This document shows positions 10,055-18,100 of a stretch of DNA of 44,878 bases, piece after piece. The notes under the pieces were generated by a model. The model ran no database searches. It was not told the origin of the DNA and saw only the letters and a list, made by a program, of their open reading frames with translations. The position numbers were made by a program, and so were the translations under genes. Source of the DNA: Clostridia bacterium (GTDB lineage: Bacteria > Bacillota > Clostridia > Christensenellales > CAG-138); assembly GCA_033813015.1 (NCBI GenBank), contig JAPXSN010000003.1, positions 1 to 44,878 of the forward strand. Direction: 5' to 3'. Position 1 is the stretch's first letter; every line of letters starts with the position of its first letter.

Positions 10055-10558
10055 ATGCTGCGGGATACGGGACGCGGCGTCACCGCGACGGCGGCTATGC
10101 TGCTGCTGTTCGCGGCCTTCGCGGTGCTGACTTTGCTGCAGGCGCTTTACGGCGCGGCCGTGTACGAGCGCGTGGTCGGCCGCATGGACGACGGATATCA
10201 TCTGCGCGCCTCGCTCTCCTACGTCGCCAACAAGCTCCACGCCCACGACGGCGCGGGCGAGATCGATATCGAGGATGCGGACGGACTCCCCGTGCTCTGC
10301 CTGTGGGATGAGGGAAAACAGGGCGTGACCTGCGTCTACTTCTTCGACGGCGCGCTGATGGAGCAGTATATAGAAGCTTCGACGCGCTTCGAACCCGCTG
10401 CAGGGCAGAGGATTGCCGAGCTTGCGGATTTCACCTTCAGCGAGGCGCAAGGCGGCTTCTCCTTCACGGCCTACACCTTCGAGGGAACCATGCGCACGCT
10501 CGACGTGCGCCTGCGCACGCCCGACGTGCGGCTTCGCGCCGCGAAGGAGGCCCCGTGA
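10055..10558 (+). CDS. pseudopilin-like protein with degenerate class III signal
   Basis: ATG at 10055 sits 8 nt after AGGAGG; an alternative GTG at 10046 overlaps the upstream TGA. N-terminus MLRDTGRG/VTATAAMLLLFAAFAVL resembles a prepilin leader but has Ala, not Glu, at +5. C-terminus carries the tandem DVRLRTP/DVRLRAA. Confidence 0.6.
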   Translation: MLRDTGRGVTATAAMLLLFAAFAVLTLLQALYGAAVYERVVGRMDDGYHLRASLSYVANKLHAHDGAGEIDIEDADGLPVLCLWDEGKQGVTCVYFFDGALMEQYIEASTRFEPAAGQRIAELADFTFSEAQGGFSFTAYTFEGTMRTLDVRLRTPDVRLRAAKEAP

Positions 10559-10968
10559 ACGCGCGCGGCGGCTACGCCTTCCTCGTGGAAATGACAGCGG
10601 TCATCCTTTTCTTCGCGCTCGCGGCGACGGCGGTCATCACGCTTTTCGTCGGCGCGGACAAGCGCGCGAAAGAAGCCGCGGCGCTTTCGGGCGCGGTGCT
10701 CGCGGCGAGCTCCGCCGCGGAGCTCGTGCGCACCTCCGCATCCCCCGAGGCTGACTTCTCGGCGCGCTACGGCGCGACGCAGGCTGAAGGCGGCTATGAG
10801 GCGTGGCTCGACCCGAGCTTTTTGCCGGGCGGGCTTCAGGAATACATCCTCCGGCTCGAGTGCGGGCGAGCCGGAGGAATGTGTGAGATGACGGTGTCCG
10901 TCATGGAAAAGGACGGGGAAGAGTTCTATTCGCTCTCCTGCGCACGCTTCATGGGGGGCGGCTCGTGA
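10555..10968 (+). CDS. pseudopilin-like protein
   Basis: GTGA start/stop overlap with GAAGGAGG upstream. N-terminus MNARGG/YAFLVEMTAVILFFAL has a Gly, an aromatic residue, a Glu and a hydrophobic helix, like a prepilin leader, with one extra residue before the Glu. Confidence 0.6.
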   Translation: MNARGGYAFLVEMTAVILFFALAATAVITLFVGADKRAKEAAALSGAVLAASSAAELVRTSASPEADFSARYGATQAEGGYEAWLDPSFLPGGLQEYILRLECGRAGGMCEMTVSVMEKDGEEFYSLSCARFMGGGS

Positions 10969-11444
10969 GCGCGCGGCCGCCGCTCAACCGGGCGGGTCGC
11001 GGCTTCACCGCCGTGGGAGCGCCGAGCATCATCATCCTGTTCGTGATGCTCTGCCTCGCGTGCTTCGCGGCGCTCTCGCTCGTGAGCGCGAACGCGGAAA
11101 TGCGTCTTGCCATGCGCATGGGCGAGAACACGGCGCGCTGGTATGCGGCCGACGCCGAGGCGCAGCGGCGGCTCGCCCGCCTCGACGAACTGCTAAGCTC
11201 CGGAATCCTCGACGAACCGGACGCGGCGGCAGCGCTCGCGGCCGAAAAGTATGTCTACGATCAAACGCAAGGGGAGGAGACCATCGCCTTCTATACGATG
11301 ATCTCGCACTACACGGCGCTGGAAACCACGGTGCGTCTCGAGGGCGGCGGCTATACTCTCATCCGCAACGCCACGATCGTGACCGGGGATCTGGAATATA
11401 CGCAACTGCCATTTTTATGGGACGGGGTGACGATTTATGATTGA
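10965..11444 (+). CDS. pseudopilin-like protein
   Basis: GTGA overlap. N-terminus ...NRAGRG/FTAVGAPSIIILFVML is a G-F-T start without Glu+5. Confidence 0.6.
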   Translation: MSARPPLNRAGRGFTAVGAPSIIILFVMLCLACFAALSLVSANAEMRLAMRMGENTARWYAADAEAQRRLARLDELLSSGILDEPDAAAALAAEKYVYDQTQGEETIAFYTMISHYTALETTVRLEGGGYTLIRNATIVTGDLEYTQLPFLWDGVTIYD

Positions 11445-12504
11445 AAAACTGCTCATCGAGGCCATCAGCCTCAACGCATCCGATGTGATCATCGCGCCTG
11501 GCTCCCCGCTTGCGTTTAAGGCCGCGGGCGTGGTCAGCCCTTCCGGGGACACGCCGCTGACCCCGGCCAAGACGGAGGCGCTTGTGCGCGAGATCTACCA
11601 GCTCGCCGGAAACCGCAGCATGGAGCGTTTCCAAAAGACGGGCGACGACGATTTCTCCCTCTCCATACCGGGCGTGGGCAGGTTCCGCACAGCCGTATAC
11701 CGCCAAAGGGGCTCCTGCGCGGTCGTGATCCGAATCGTGCGCCACGAGCTGCCCGACCCGGCGCTGCTAAACATCCCCGCGGGCGTCATCAACCTCTTTA
11801 CGGCCAAAAAGGGCCTCGTGCTGATCACCGGCCCGGCAGGCAGCGGCAAATCCACGACGCTTTCGTGCATCGTGGACCGCATCAACAAGACCTTGCCATG
11901 CCATATTATCACCATCGAGGACCCCATTGAGTACCTTTACAAGAACGACAAGAGCATTGTGAGCCAGCGCGAGGTCAGCCAGGATACCGAGGATTTCAAG
12001 AGCGCGCTGCGCTACGCCTTGCGCCAGGCGCCCAACGTGATCCTCGTGGGCGAGATGCGGGATTATGAAACCATCAGCATCGCCATGACCGCGGCGGAGA
12101 CCGGGCAGCTCGTGCTCTCGACGCTGCACACCATCGGCGCGGCCAAAACCGTGGACAGGATCATCGACGTGTTCCCGCCGGGCCAGCAGCAGCAGGTGCG
12201 CGTGCAGCTCTCGATGACGCTCAACGCGGTCGTCTCCCAGCAGCTCATCCCCACCGTGGACGGCGGCGTGACGCCCGCATTTGAGGTGATGATCGCAAAC
12301 CCGGCTGTGCGCAACCTCATCCGCGAGGGCAAGGCGCACCAGATCGACAACGTGATCTACGCGAACCCGGAGACCATGGTTTCCATGGACGCAAGCATCA
12401 CGCAGCTCTACCGCAAGGGGCGCATCAGCTACGACAATGCGGTCAACTTCGCCTCCGATCCCGACTCCATGACAAGGCGCATCGATCGCAACTACGTCAA
12501 CTGA
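11437..12504 (+). CDS. pilT: PilT-family type IV pilus retraction ATPase
   Basis: 355 aa; Walker A GPAGSGKST, Walker B VILVGEMRD, His box STLHT, and the PilT-specific AVRNLIREGKAHQI motif. Overlaps the upstream ORF by 8 nt. Confidence 0.9.
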   Translation: MIEKLLIEAISLNASDVIIAPGSPLAFKAAGVVSPSGDTPLTPAKTEALVREIYQLAGNRSMERFQKTGDDDFSLSIPGVGRFRTAVYRQRGSCAVVIRIVRHELPDPALLNIPAGVINLFTAKKGLVLITGPAGSGKSTTLSCIVDRINKTLPCHIITIEDPIEYLYKNDKSIVSQREVSQDTEDFKSALRYALRQAPNVILVGEMRDYETISIAMTAAETGQLVLSTLHTIGAAKTVDRIIDVFPPGQQQQVRVQLSMTLNAVVSQQLIPTVDGGVTPAFEVMIANPAVRNLIREGKAHQIDNVIYANPETMVSMDASITQLYRKGRISYDNAVNFASDPDSMTRRIDRNYVN

Positions 12505-12606
12505 CGCCAAACGGCGGGTTTCGCCGCCAACCAACAGAACACGCGCCGGGTCGGCCTCGCCCAAAGGGCGGGGATCGGCTCGGCAATGCCTTTGAAGGAG
12601 AAAAAC

Positions 12607-13590
12607 ATGGAAAAGCTGAACTTCGGCATACTCGGCACGGGCTGGATTGCCAACGAAATGGCAGATACCCTCGCGCGCTCCGGCGACGCGAAACTTTACG
12701 CCGTGGCCTCGCGCGAGCTTTCGCGGGCGCAGACCTTCGCCGCGCGCTATGATATCCCCAAGGCATACGGCTCCGATGCGGATCTGCTCGCCGACCCGGA
12801 TGTGGATGTCGTCTACGTCGCCTCCCCGCACTCCCGCCACGCGGAACAGATGAAGGCCTGCCTCGAGGCGGGCAAGCACATACTGTGCGAAAAGGCGTTC
12901 ACCGTCACGGCAAAGGAGGCGCGGGAGGTGCTCGCCCTCGCGCACGAAAAGAAGCGCGTCGTCGCGGAAGCGCTCTGGCCGCGCTACATGCCCATGGCAA
13001 AAACCATAAGGGCTTTCTGCGAAAGCGGCAAAATAGGCCGCGTCTACGGCGTATATTGCAACCTCGGCTACCCGGTGGCGACCGTGCCGCGCCTGCGCGA
13101 ACCCGAGCTCGCGGGCGGCGCGCTGCTGGACGTAGGCGTCTACACGCTCAACTTCGCGGCGCTCGTGCTGGGCAGCGAAGTCACGGGCTTCACGAGCTCG
13201 GCCGTCAAAAACGAGCTCGGCGTGGATACGCAGGGCTCCATCGCGCTGACCTACTCGGGCGGCCGCATGGCCACGCTCCTTTACAGCGTGCTCGGCGCCA
13301 CGGATCGCCTGGGCATCATCTACGGAGAAAAGGGTTATGCGCTGATCGAAAACATCAACAACTTCGAATCCTTGCGCGCTTATGACGAAGATTACAGGCT
13401 CATCGAGCACATCGAGCGGTCCCCGCAGGTCACGGGCTACGAATACGAGGTGCGCGCCATAGTCGAGGCCATCCAAATGGGCGCGACCGAGTGCCCCGAC
13501 ATGCCGCACAGCGAAACCATCCGCATCATGGAGTTGATGGACGACATTCGGCACGGGTGGGGGCTGTGGTATCCGGGGGAACGGGAGTAA
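12607..13590 (+). CDS. Gfo/Idh/MocA family oxidoreductase
   Basis: MEKLNFGILGTGWIANEMA Rossmann start and a CEKAFT motif. GAAGGAG RBS 6 nt upstream, so the listed upstream Met at 12586 is less likely. Confidence 0.85.
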   Translation: MEKLNFGILGTGWIANEMADTLARSGDAKLYAVASRELSRAQTFAARYDIPKAYGSDADLLADPDVDVVYVASPHSRHAEQMKACLEAGKHILCEKAFTVTAKEAREVLALAHEKKRVVAEALWPRYMPMAKTIRAFCESGKIGRVYGVYCNLGYPVATVPRLREPELAGGALLDVGVYTLNFAALVLGSEVTGFTSSAVKNELGVDTQGSIALTYSGGRMATLLYSVLGATDRLGIIYGEKGYALIENINNFESLRAYDEDYRLIEHIERSPQVTGYEYEVRAIVEAIQMGATECPDMPHSETIRIMELMDDIRHGWGLWYPGERE

Positions 13591-13663
13591 TTGTCAATTG
13601 AAAATGGTCAATTGACAATCAAAAAACGCCGCCGCGGGCGGAGAATTTCCGCTTTTGAAGCGT
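13590..13663 (+). repeat. intergenic heptad-array/GC-hairpin element, copy C
   Basis: ATTGTCA ATTGAAA ATGGTCA ATTGACA ATCAAAAAACGCCGCCGCGGGCGG, then the small hairpin CGCTT-TTG-AAGCG. Begins at the last base of the TAA stop of the oxidoreductase gene. Confidence 0.75.
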
Positions 13664-13681
13664 TGGGGATTGGATGCGGAA

Positions 13682-13738
13682 GTAGGGGCCGATATGGAAT
13701 CGGCCCCTACGGATTTCACCCGATTTTTAATTGTCAAT
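13682..13738 (-). repeat. intergenic heptad/GC-hairpin element, copy G (tail-to-tail with copy C)
   Basis: Read on the minus strand: ATTGACA ATTAAAAATCGGGTGAAATCC GTAGGGGCCGAT-TCCAT-ATCGGCCCCTAC. The hairpin core CCGATTCCATATCG is shared with copy B. The TGA stop of the 342-aa adhesin (13734-13736) lies inside the heptad. Confidence 0.7.
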
Positions 13739-14762
13739 TCTTCCTGCGGCTGCGCACGAGCACGAAGCCCGCAAGGCTCGCGGAAAGGCCGAGCAGTAGC
13801 ATGGCGTAGCCCAAATAGTTGACGTCGCCCGTCTGCGGCGCTTCGATCGGAATCTGCGGCGTCGGGATGCCCTCGAAAACGGCCGTGATGGTCAGCTGGC
13901 GATTCGTGGTGACCAGGACATACGGCAGTGTCTCCTCATAGGGATCGCCCGGCCCCGGGGTTACGACCTCGCTGGTGACCGTCACCCGGGCTTTATCCCA
14001 CATGAGCGTGCTGGGTTCCCACCCGATGAATCGGTAGCCCGGCAGCACCGGATCGCCCGCCATGATCACGGGCTTGGTTTCGGAATTGACGACGTCATCC
14101 GGCCAGAAGACCACGCCGGGCTGCTTGTTCTGATGGTAGAGGGTGTAGGTCGCCCTTTCATGGACCGCCATCTGGGTGAAGAAGCCTGTGGTAGTGCCCT
14201 CGAAGAAGCGTACGAGGCGCCGCTCGTCACCTCTGCCCTGATAATCCTTGCTCATGAGCGTATATTCGGGCGTGGTCCAGCCGACGAAATTATAGCCGGG
14301 CATCGCCACCACCGCGCTTGGGATGATGGGGCTGGTCGCATGCTCATCCGGGGGATCATCGGGCTGTCCGTCAACCGGGGGCGTGATGTCGTATTTGAGG
14401 ATGTAATGATCCTCCACGGCAATCCACTGTGCGGTAACGGTCCGCGCGGAACAGTCGTTTAGCAAAAAAATGGTCATCGTATCACCGGGCTCGCCGAGCA
14501 GGCTTCTGTAATTCCAGCAAAGCAGCGCATATCCGGGTCTGGAGCAATCCGCCTCGGTGGGTAAGCTGAATGTAATTCTTGCTGAAACGCCGCTTCCGGT
14601 CACGGGTACCTCTATCGACGCCGGTGTCGGAGAGCCGCCGTTCGCGTTAAAGTGAACCGTCACCGTCGTTGGCGCGGCCAACGCAACTCCCCCGAGACTC
14701 AGCACGAGCGCGAGGACGACGGCCAGCGCCGCCAACTTTTTGAAGATGCTTCTGGTTTTCAT
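13734..14762 (-). CDS. cell-wall-anchored surface protein with Listeria-Bacteroides (Flg_new/InlB B-repeat type) repeats
   Basis: Signal peptide MKTRSIFKKLAALAVVLALVLSLGGVALA. Three G-Y-x-[FL]-x-[GC]-W repeat cores (PGYALLCW, PGYNFVGW, PGYRFIGW). C-terminus APQTGD plus a hydrophobic stretch plus RSRRKN is a sortase-type sorting signal. GAGGGGGA RBS. Confidence 0.85.
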   Translation of the reverse strand: MKTRSIFKKLAALAVVLALVLSLGGVALAAPTTVTVHFNANGGSPTPASIEVPVTGSGVSARITFSLPTEADCSRPGYALLCWNYRSLLGEPGDTMTIFLLNDCSARTVTAQWIAVEDHYILKYDITPPVDGQPDDPPDEHATSPIIPSAVVAMPGYNFVGWTTPEYTLMSKDYQGRGDERRLVRFFEGTTTGFFTQMAVHERATYTLYHQNKQPGVVFWPDDVVNSETKPVIMAGDPVLPGYRFIGWEPSTLMWDKARVTVTSEVVTPGPGDPYEETLPYVLVTTNRQLTITAVFEGIPTPQIPIEAPQTGDVNYLGYAMLLLGLSASLAGFVLVRSRRKN

Positions 14763-14840
14763 GATTGATCCCCCTCATTTGATTTTATAATGCCCTTTGG
14801 GCCAAAGTGGTTTACATGGTTATATTGGCACTCGCTGCTA

Positions 14841-14878
14841 GAAATTATAACCGCGTTCAGTTACGCCGCGGTTACAAA
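14841..14878 (-). promoter_or_regulatory. candidate activator-dependent promoter of the 342-aa adhesin gene
   Basis: Minus strand reads TTTGTAAC-CGCGGC-GTAACT-GAACGCG-GTTATAATTTC. GTAAC direct repeats lie 11 nt apart, with the proximal repeat 10 nt from a TATAAT box and no recognisable -35. The same 38-nt layout occurs at 20511-20548. Confidence 0.5.
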
Positions 14879-15004
14879 TTCGTAAAAAACATTCTATAAT
14901 TTACCTATTCGACACATATAGACAGTAAACTATTAAAGTTCTTAGCATTCGGGAAAGCCTGAAAAAAATGTCGGCGAGGCCTTTGCCGATTCGTACACGC
15001 GCCC

Positions 15005-15037
15005 CAAAAAGAAGGGAGGCGGCCTTTGGGCCGCCTC
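15005..15037 (-). terminator. rho-independent terminator (distal) after the giant adhesin gene
   Basis: Minus strand: GAGGCGGCC-CAAA-GGCCGCCTC followed by CCTTCTTTTT. Confidence 0.7.
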
Positions 15038-15080
15038 GGATTCGATGGTATATTTGGTTTCCGCTCAATCCTTCTCAAAG

Positions 15081-15106
15081 GGGGAGCGGCCTTTCGGCCG
15101 CTCCCC
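15081..15106 (-). terminator. GC hairpin (proximal) after the giant adhesin gene
   Basis: GGGGAGCGGCC-GAAA-GGCCGCTCCCC (11-bp stem) about 30 nt after the stop at 15135. Only a short T tract (CTTTG) follows, so it may be a stabiliser or weak terminator. Confidence 0.5.
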
Positions 15107-15134
15107 TTGATTCTGTGGGATAGTTCGCTTGCGA

Positions 15135-18100
15135 TCAATCCTCTTCCTCGATGGCGCGCACCTTCTTGCGGATGAACAGACTCGCCGTGAAGATGACCGC
15201 GATCAGCGCAAACGCCGCAACGAAGATGATCAAGCCGGTGTTGCCGGTCTGCGGCGTGCCAAGCGGGGGCTTGGTCGGCGTGGGCGAGGGATCGGGCGTC
15301 GGGTCGGGGCCGCCCTCTTTAACGAACTTCGCCGTCACGGCGAGCGTGTAGGTCGTGGTTTTGAGAATGTAGGGCTCGCCCTCCGTCGGGGTGACGATCT
15401 GGGTGCTGACGCTGACTGCGGCCGTGGACCAGTCGAGCGTGTTGGGCCTCCAACCCTTGAAGATGTAGCCGGGCAGGTAGGGGGCTCCGGCAAGCTCGGG
15501 CGGGGTCAGGGAGTCGACCACGTCGCCGGGCCAGTTGGTGACGCCGCTGACGTAGCCCTGGTAAAGCAGGGTGTAGCGGGCCTCCTCGACGATCTCCATG
15601 CCGGTGAAGGAGCCGTAGGCCGTGCCTTCATATAGAGTCGTGATGATCTCGACGCCGTCGACGATCTCGCTCGTTTCACCCGTCTTCTCCCACGCCGGAG
15701 CGGACCAGCCGGAGAAGTTATAGCCGTCCAGGCTCACCACGGCGCTCGGGGAAATGGGACTCGCGCCCTCTTCATCCGGCGGGTTCGCGGGCTGCCCGGG
15801 CACGCTGCCGAGTATGGCGTAATGCAGCGTATAGTGTTCCCGCTCATTTATCGGGATGAACTGCGCCACGGTGGACGCCTCGAGGTAGTGCGTGTAGATA
15901 AGGCCGTCGGGCGAGATTTCCAGGCGGGAGCCATTCTCCGCATAGTCGCTCCCGCTGATGCTCGCGGGACTCCAGCCCGTGAAGCGGTGGCCGTCGAGCG
16001 AGGCGGTCTCGTCCCCGATGGTCTGCGCGGAGGTTCCGCTCTTCATATCGGGCAGCACGGCGCCCGCGGGGCCGGTGAAGGTGAGCTCGTAGATGTACAC
16101 ATGCTCTATTTTGCCGAAGCTGCCCGTGACGTCGATCTTCTTGGTGTAGGTCGTAACCCACTGGTCGAGCGTTTCGTCAAAGCGGGTTTCGCCTTCCACG
16201 GCCGGGGTGCCGTCCCAATCGAGGGAGCCGGGGTTCCAGCCGCCGAACAACTTGCCGTCCTCGCTGGGCTCGGGCGCGATGGTCGGGAGCGAGGGCGGGT
16301 TGGTGACGTTGACGTCGAGGTGGTCATAGCTGCTTGAGCCGCCGTGTACGGTGTAGTCCACGATGTAGACGTATTCGTTGATGCAGCCCTTCTTGACGAG
16401 CCTGCCCTCGATGGTCGCGGAGTAGACCGTGGTCTTGACGAAGCGGTTGTCCGAGTTGAGCGTATAGCCCAGCACCGCAGCCCATCCGATATCCGCGGCG
16501 GGCGCGCCGTTCTGCTTCCAGCCTTCGAAGGCGTAGCCGAGCTTCGCGGGTGTCAGCGTCGTCAGCGCGGGTTCGCTCGTCTGGTCGGCGAGGTCATTGG
16601 GCCATGTGCCCGGATCGGCGAGGTCCTTGTCGCCGGTGTAGGTGAGGTTCCAGAGTTCTTTCTCAACGATGTCGTTCATCGTGAAGGAACCCGTGACCTC
16701 TGCGGAATAGACGCGGATGGTGATGTACCTATCCCCAACATCGTCGTAGCGGTAGTTGATGCCTGCCGTGCCCCAGTCGAGCGTCGCGTCGCTCACGCCG
16801 GCGCCGTTCTGCGTCCAGCCGGAGAAGGAGTGGCCGTCGAGCGTCGGGTTGCCCGCAAGGCTCGGCTTGCTCGCGGAGCCGCTCACGTTCGCGGGCGGAT
16901 TGCCTATGGTAAGGTTCCTGCCTTCGAGGTCCTTGTACGGCTGACCCGCGATCACATAGGTGAGGTTATAGATGGTTTCCTCGCCGCAGTTCATCGTGAA
17001 GTCGCCCACGACGGCCGCGCTGTACGTCAAAACTTTGATGAATCTGTCCGCAGCCTCGTCGTAGCGGTAGCTGACTGCCGCGCTGCCCCAGTTAAGCGTC
17101 GCGTCATCCACAGCGGAGCCGCTCTGCTTCCAGCCTGTGAAGGTATGGCCCTGCACCGAAGGCGCGCCTGCGAGGGCGGGCTTCGCCGCAGCACCCGTCA
17201 CGTCCGCGGGGCGATTGTTGATGGTGAGGTTGATCCCGTGCGGCGCCTGGTACGGCTCGTTGGCGAACGAGTAGGAGAGGTTGTACAGAGCCTCCTCCTC
17301 GCCCATGTTGCGCGCGAAGCTACCCGTGAGGTGCGCCGTGTAGATGGTCACGTCTATGGTGCGGTTGTGCGCGCTGTCAAAGTCCTGCCGCGTGCTCAGG
17401 GTCCAGACGATGTCCGCGCTCGCGCCAATCGCGGAGCCGCCCTGCGCCCAGCCGCCGAAGGTATGGCCCTTCATCGAGGGGCTTCCGCCGAGGGCGGGCA
17501 TGGTCGGGGAGGCGACGACGTTGGCGGGCATGTTGCTCGCGCTGAGTATCGCGCCGTCGGTCGGGTCGGTATACGGGCCGCCCGCGATGCCGTAGCTGAG
17601 GCTGTATTCGGTCGCCTGGCCGTGCTCATTTTCAGTCACGGTCGCGGAGGCGCCGAGCATATAGCGGGAATACTGCACGAACACCCACACGCCGTCGCGC
17701 TTCTCGAGCTTCTCCTCAAAGGTGGCGGCGGAGTTGCCCCAGGGCAGCATCTGGCCTTCGCCGTAAAACTCATCGGGCTGGCCGAGCGTGACGCCCCACC
17801 CCTTGATGGAGTAGCCCGGCGGTACCGTGGGCAGCGCCTGTGCGCTGAGCGGGGTCGAACCCCTTTGCTGCGCGTCGTACGCACCTATCGTTGCTCCGGT
17901 GTTGTTGGTCACATGGTAATCCACGATGTACTCTTCCACGCTCAGGATGTTCTTGCTGAGCGCGCCGTTGATGGCGAGCTTGTAGCGGATCGTATGCACC
18001 GCGCCCACGCCGGGCTGCGTGCTCGGAACCGTGCCCTCGGAGATGATGCTGAAGTCGCCCTGCTCGAGCGGCGGCGTCTGATCCCAGCCGCCGAAGCTGT

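Noticed and set aside
10499-10540. The short tandem repeat GACGTGCGCCTGCGCACGCCC / GACGTGCGGCTTCGCGCCGCG, encoding DVRLRTP-DVRLRAA at the C-terminus of a pseudopilin-like ORF.
   Set aside because: There are only two imperfect 21-nt units inside a coding region. This is most simply a small slippage duplication, with no evidence of a regulatory role.
13591-13809. ORF 13591-13809 (+), 72 aa, starting MSIENGQLTIKK.
   Set aside because: It is composed of repeat-element sequence, starts with TTG, has no RBS, and runs into the 3' end of the adhesin gene on the opposite strand.
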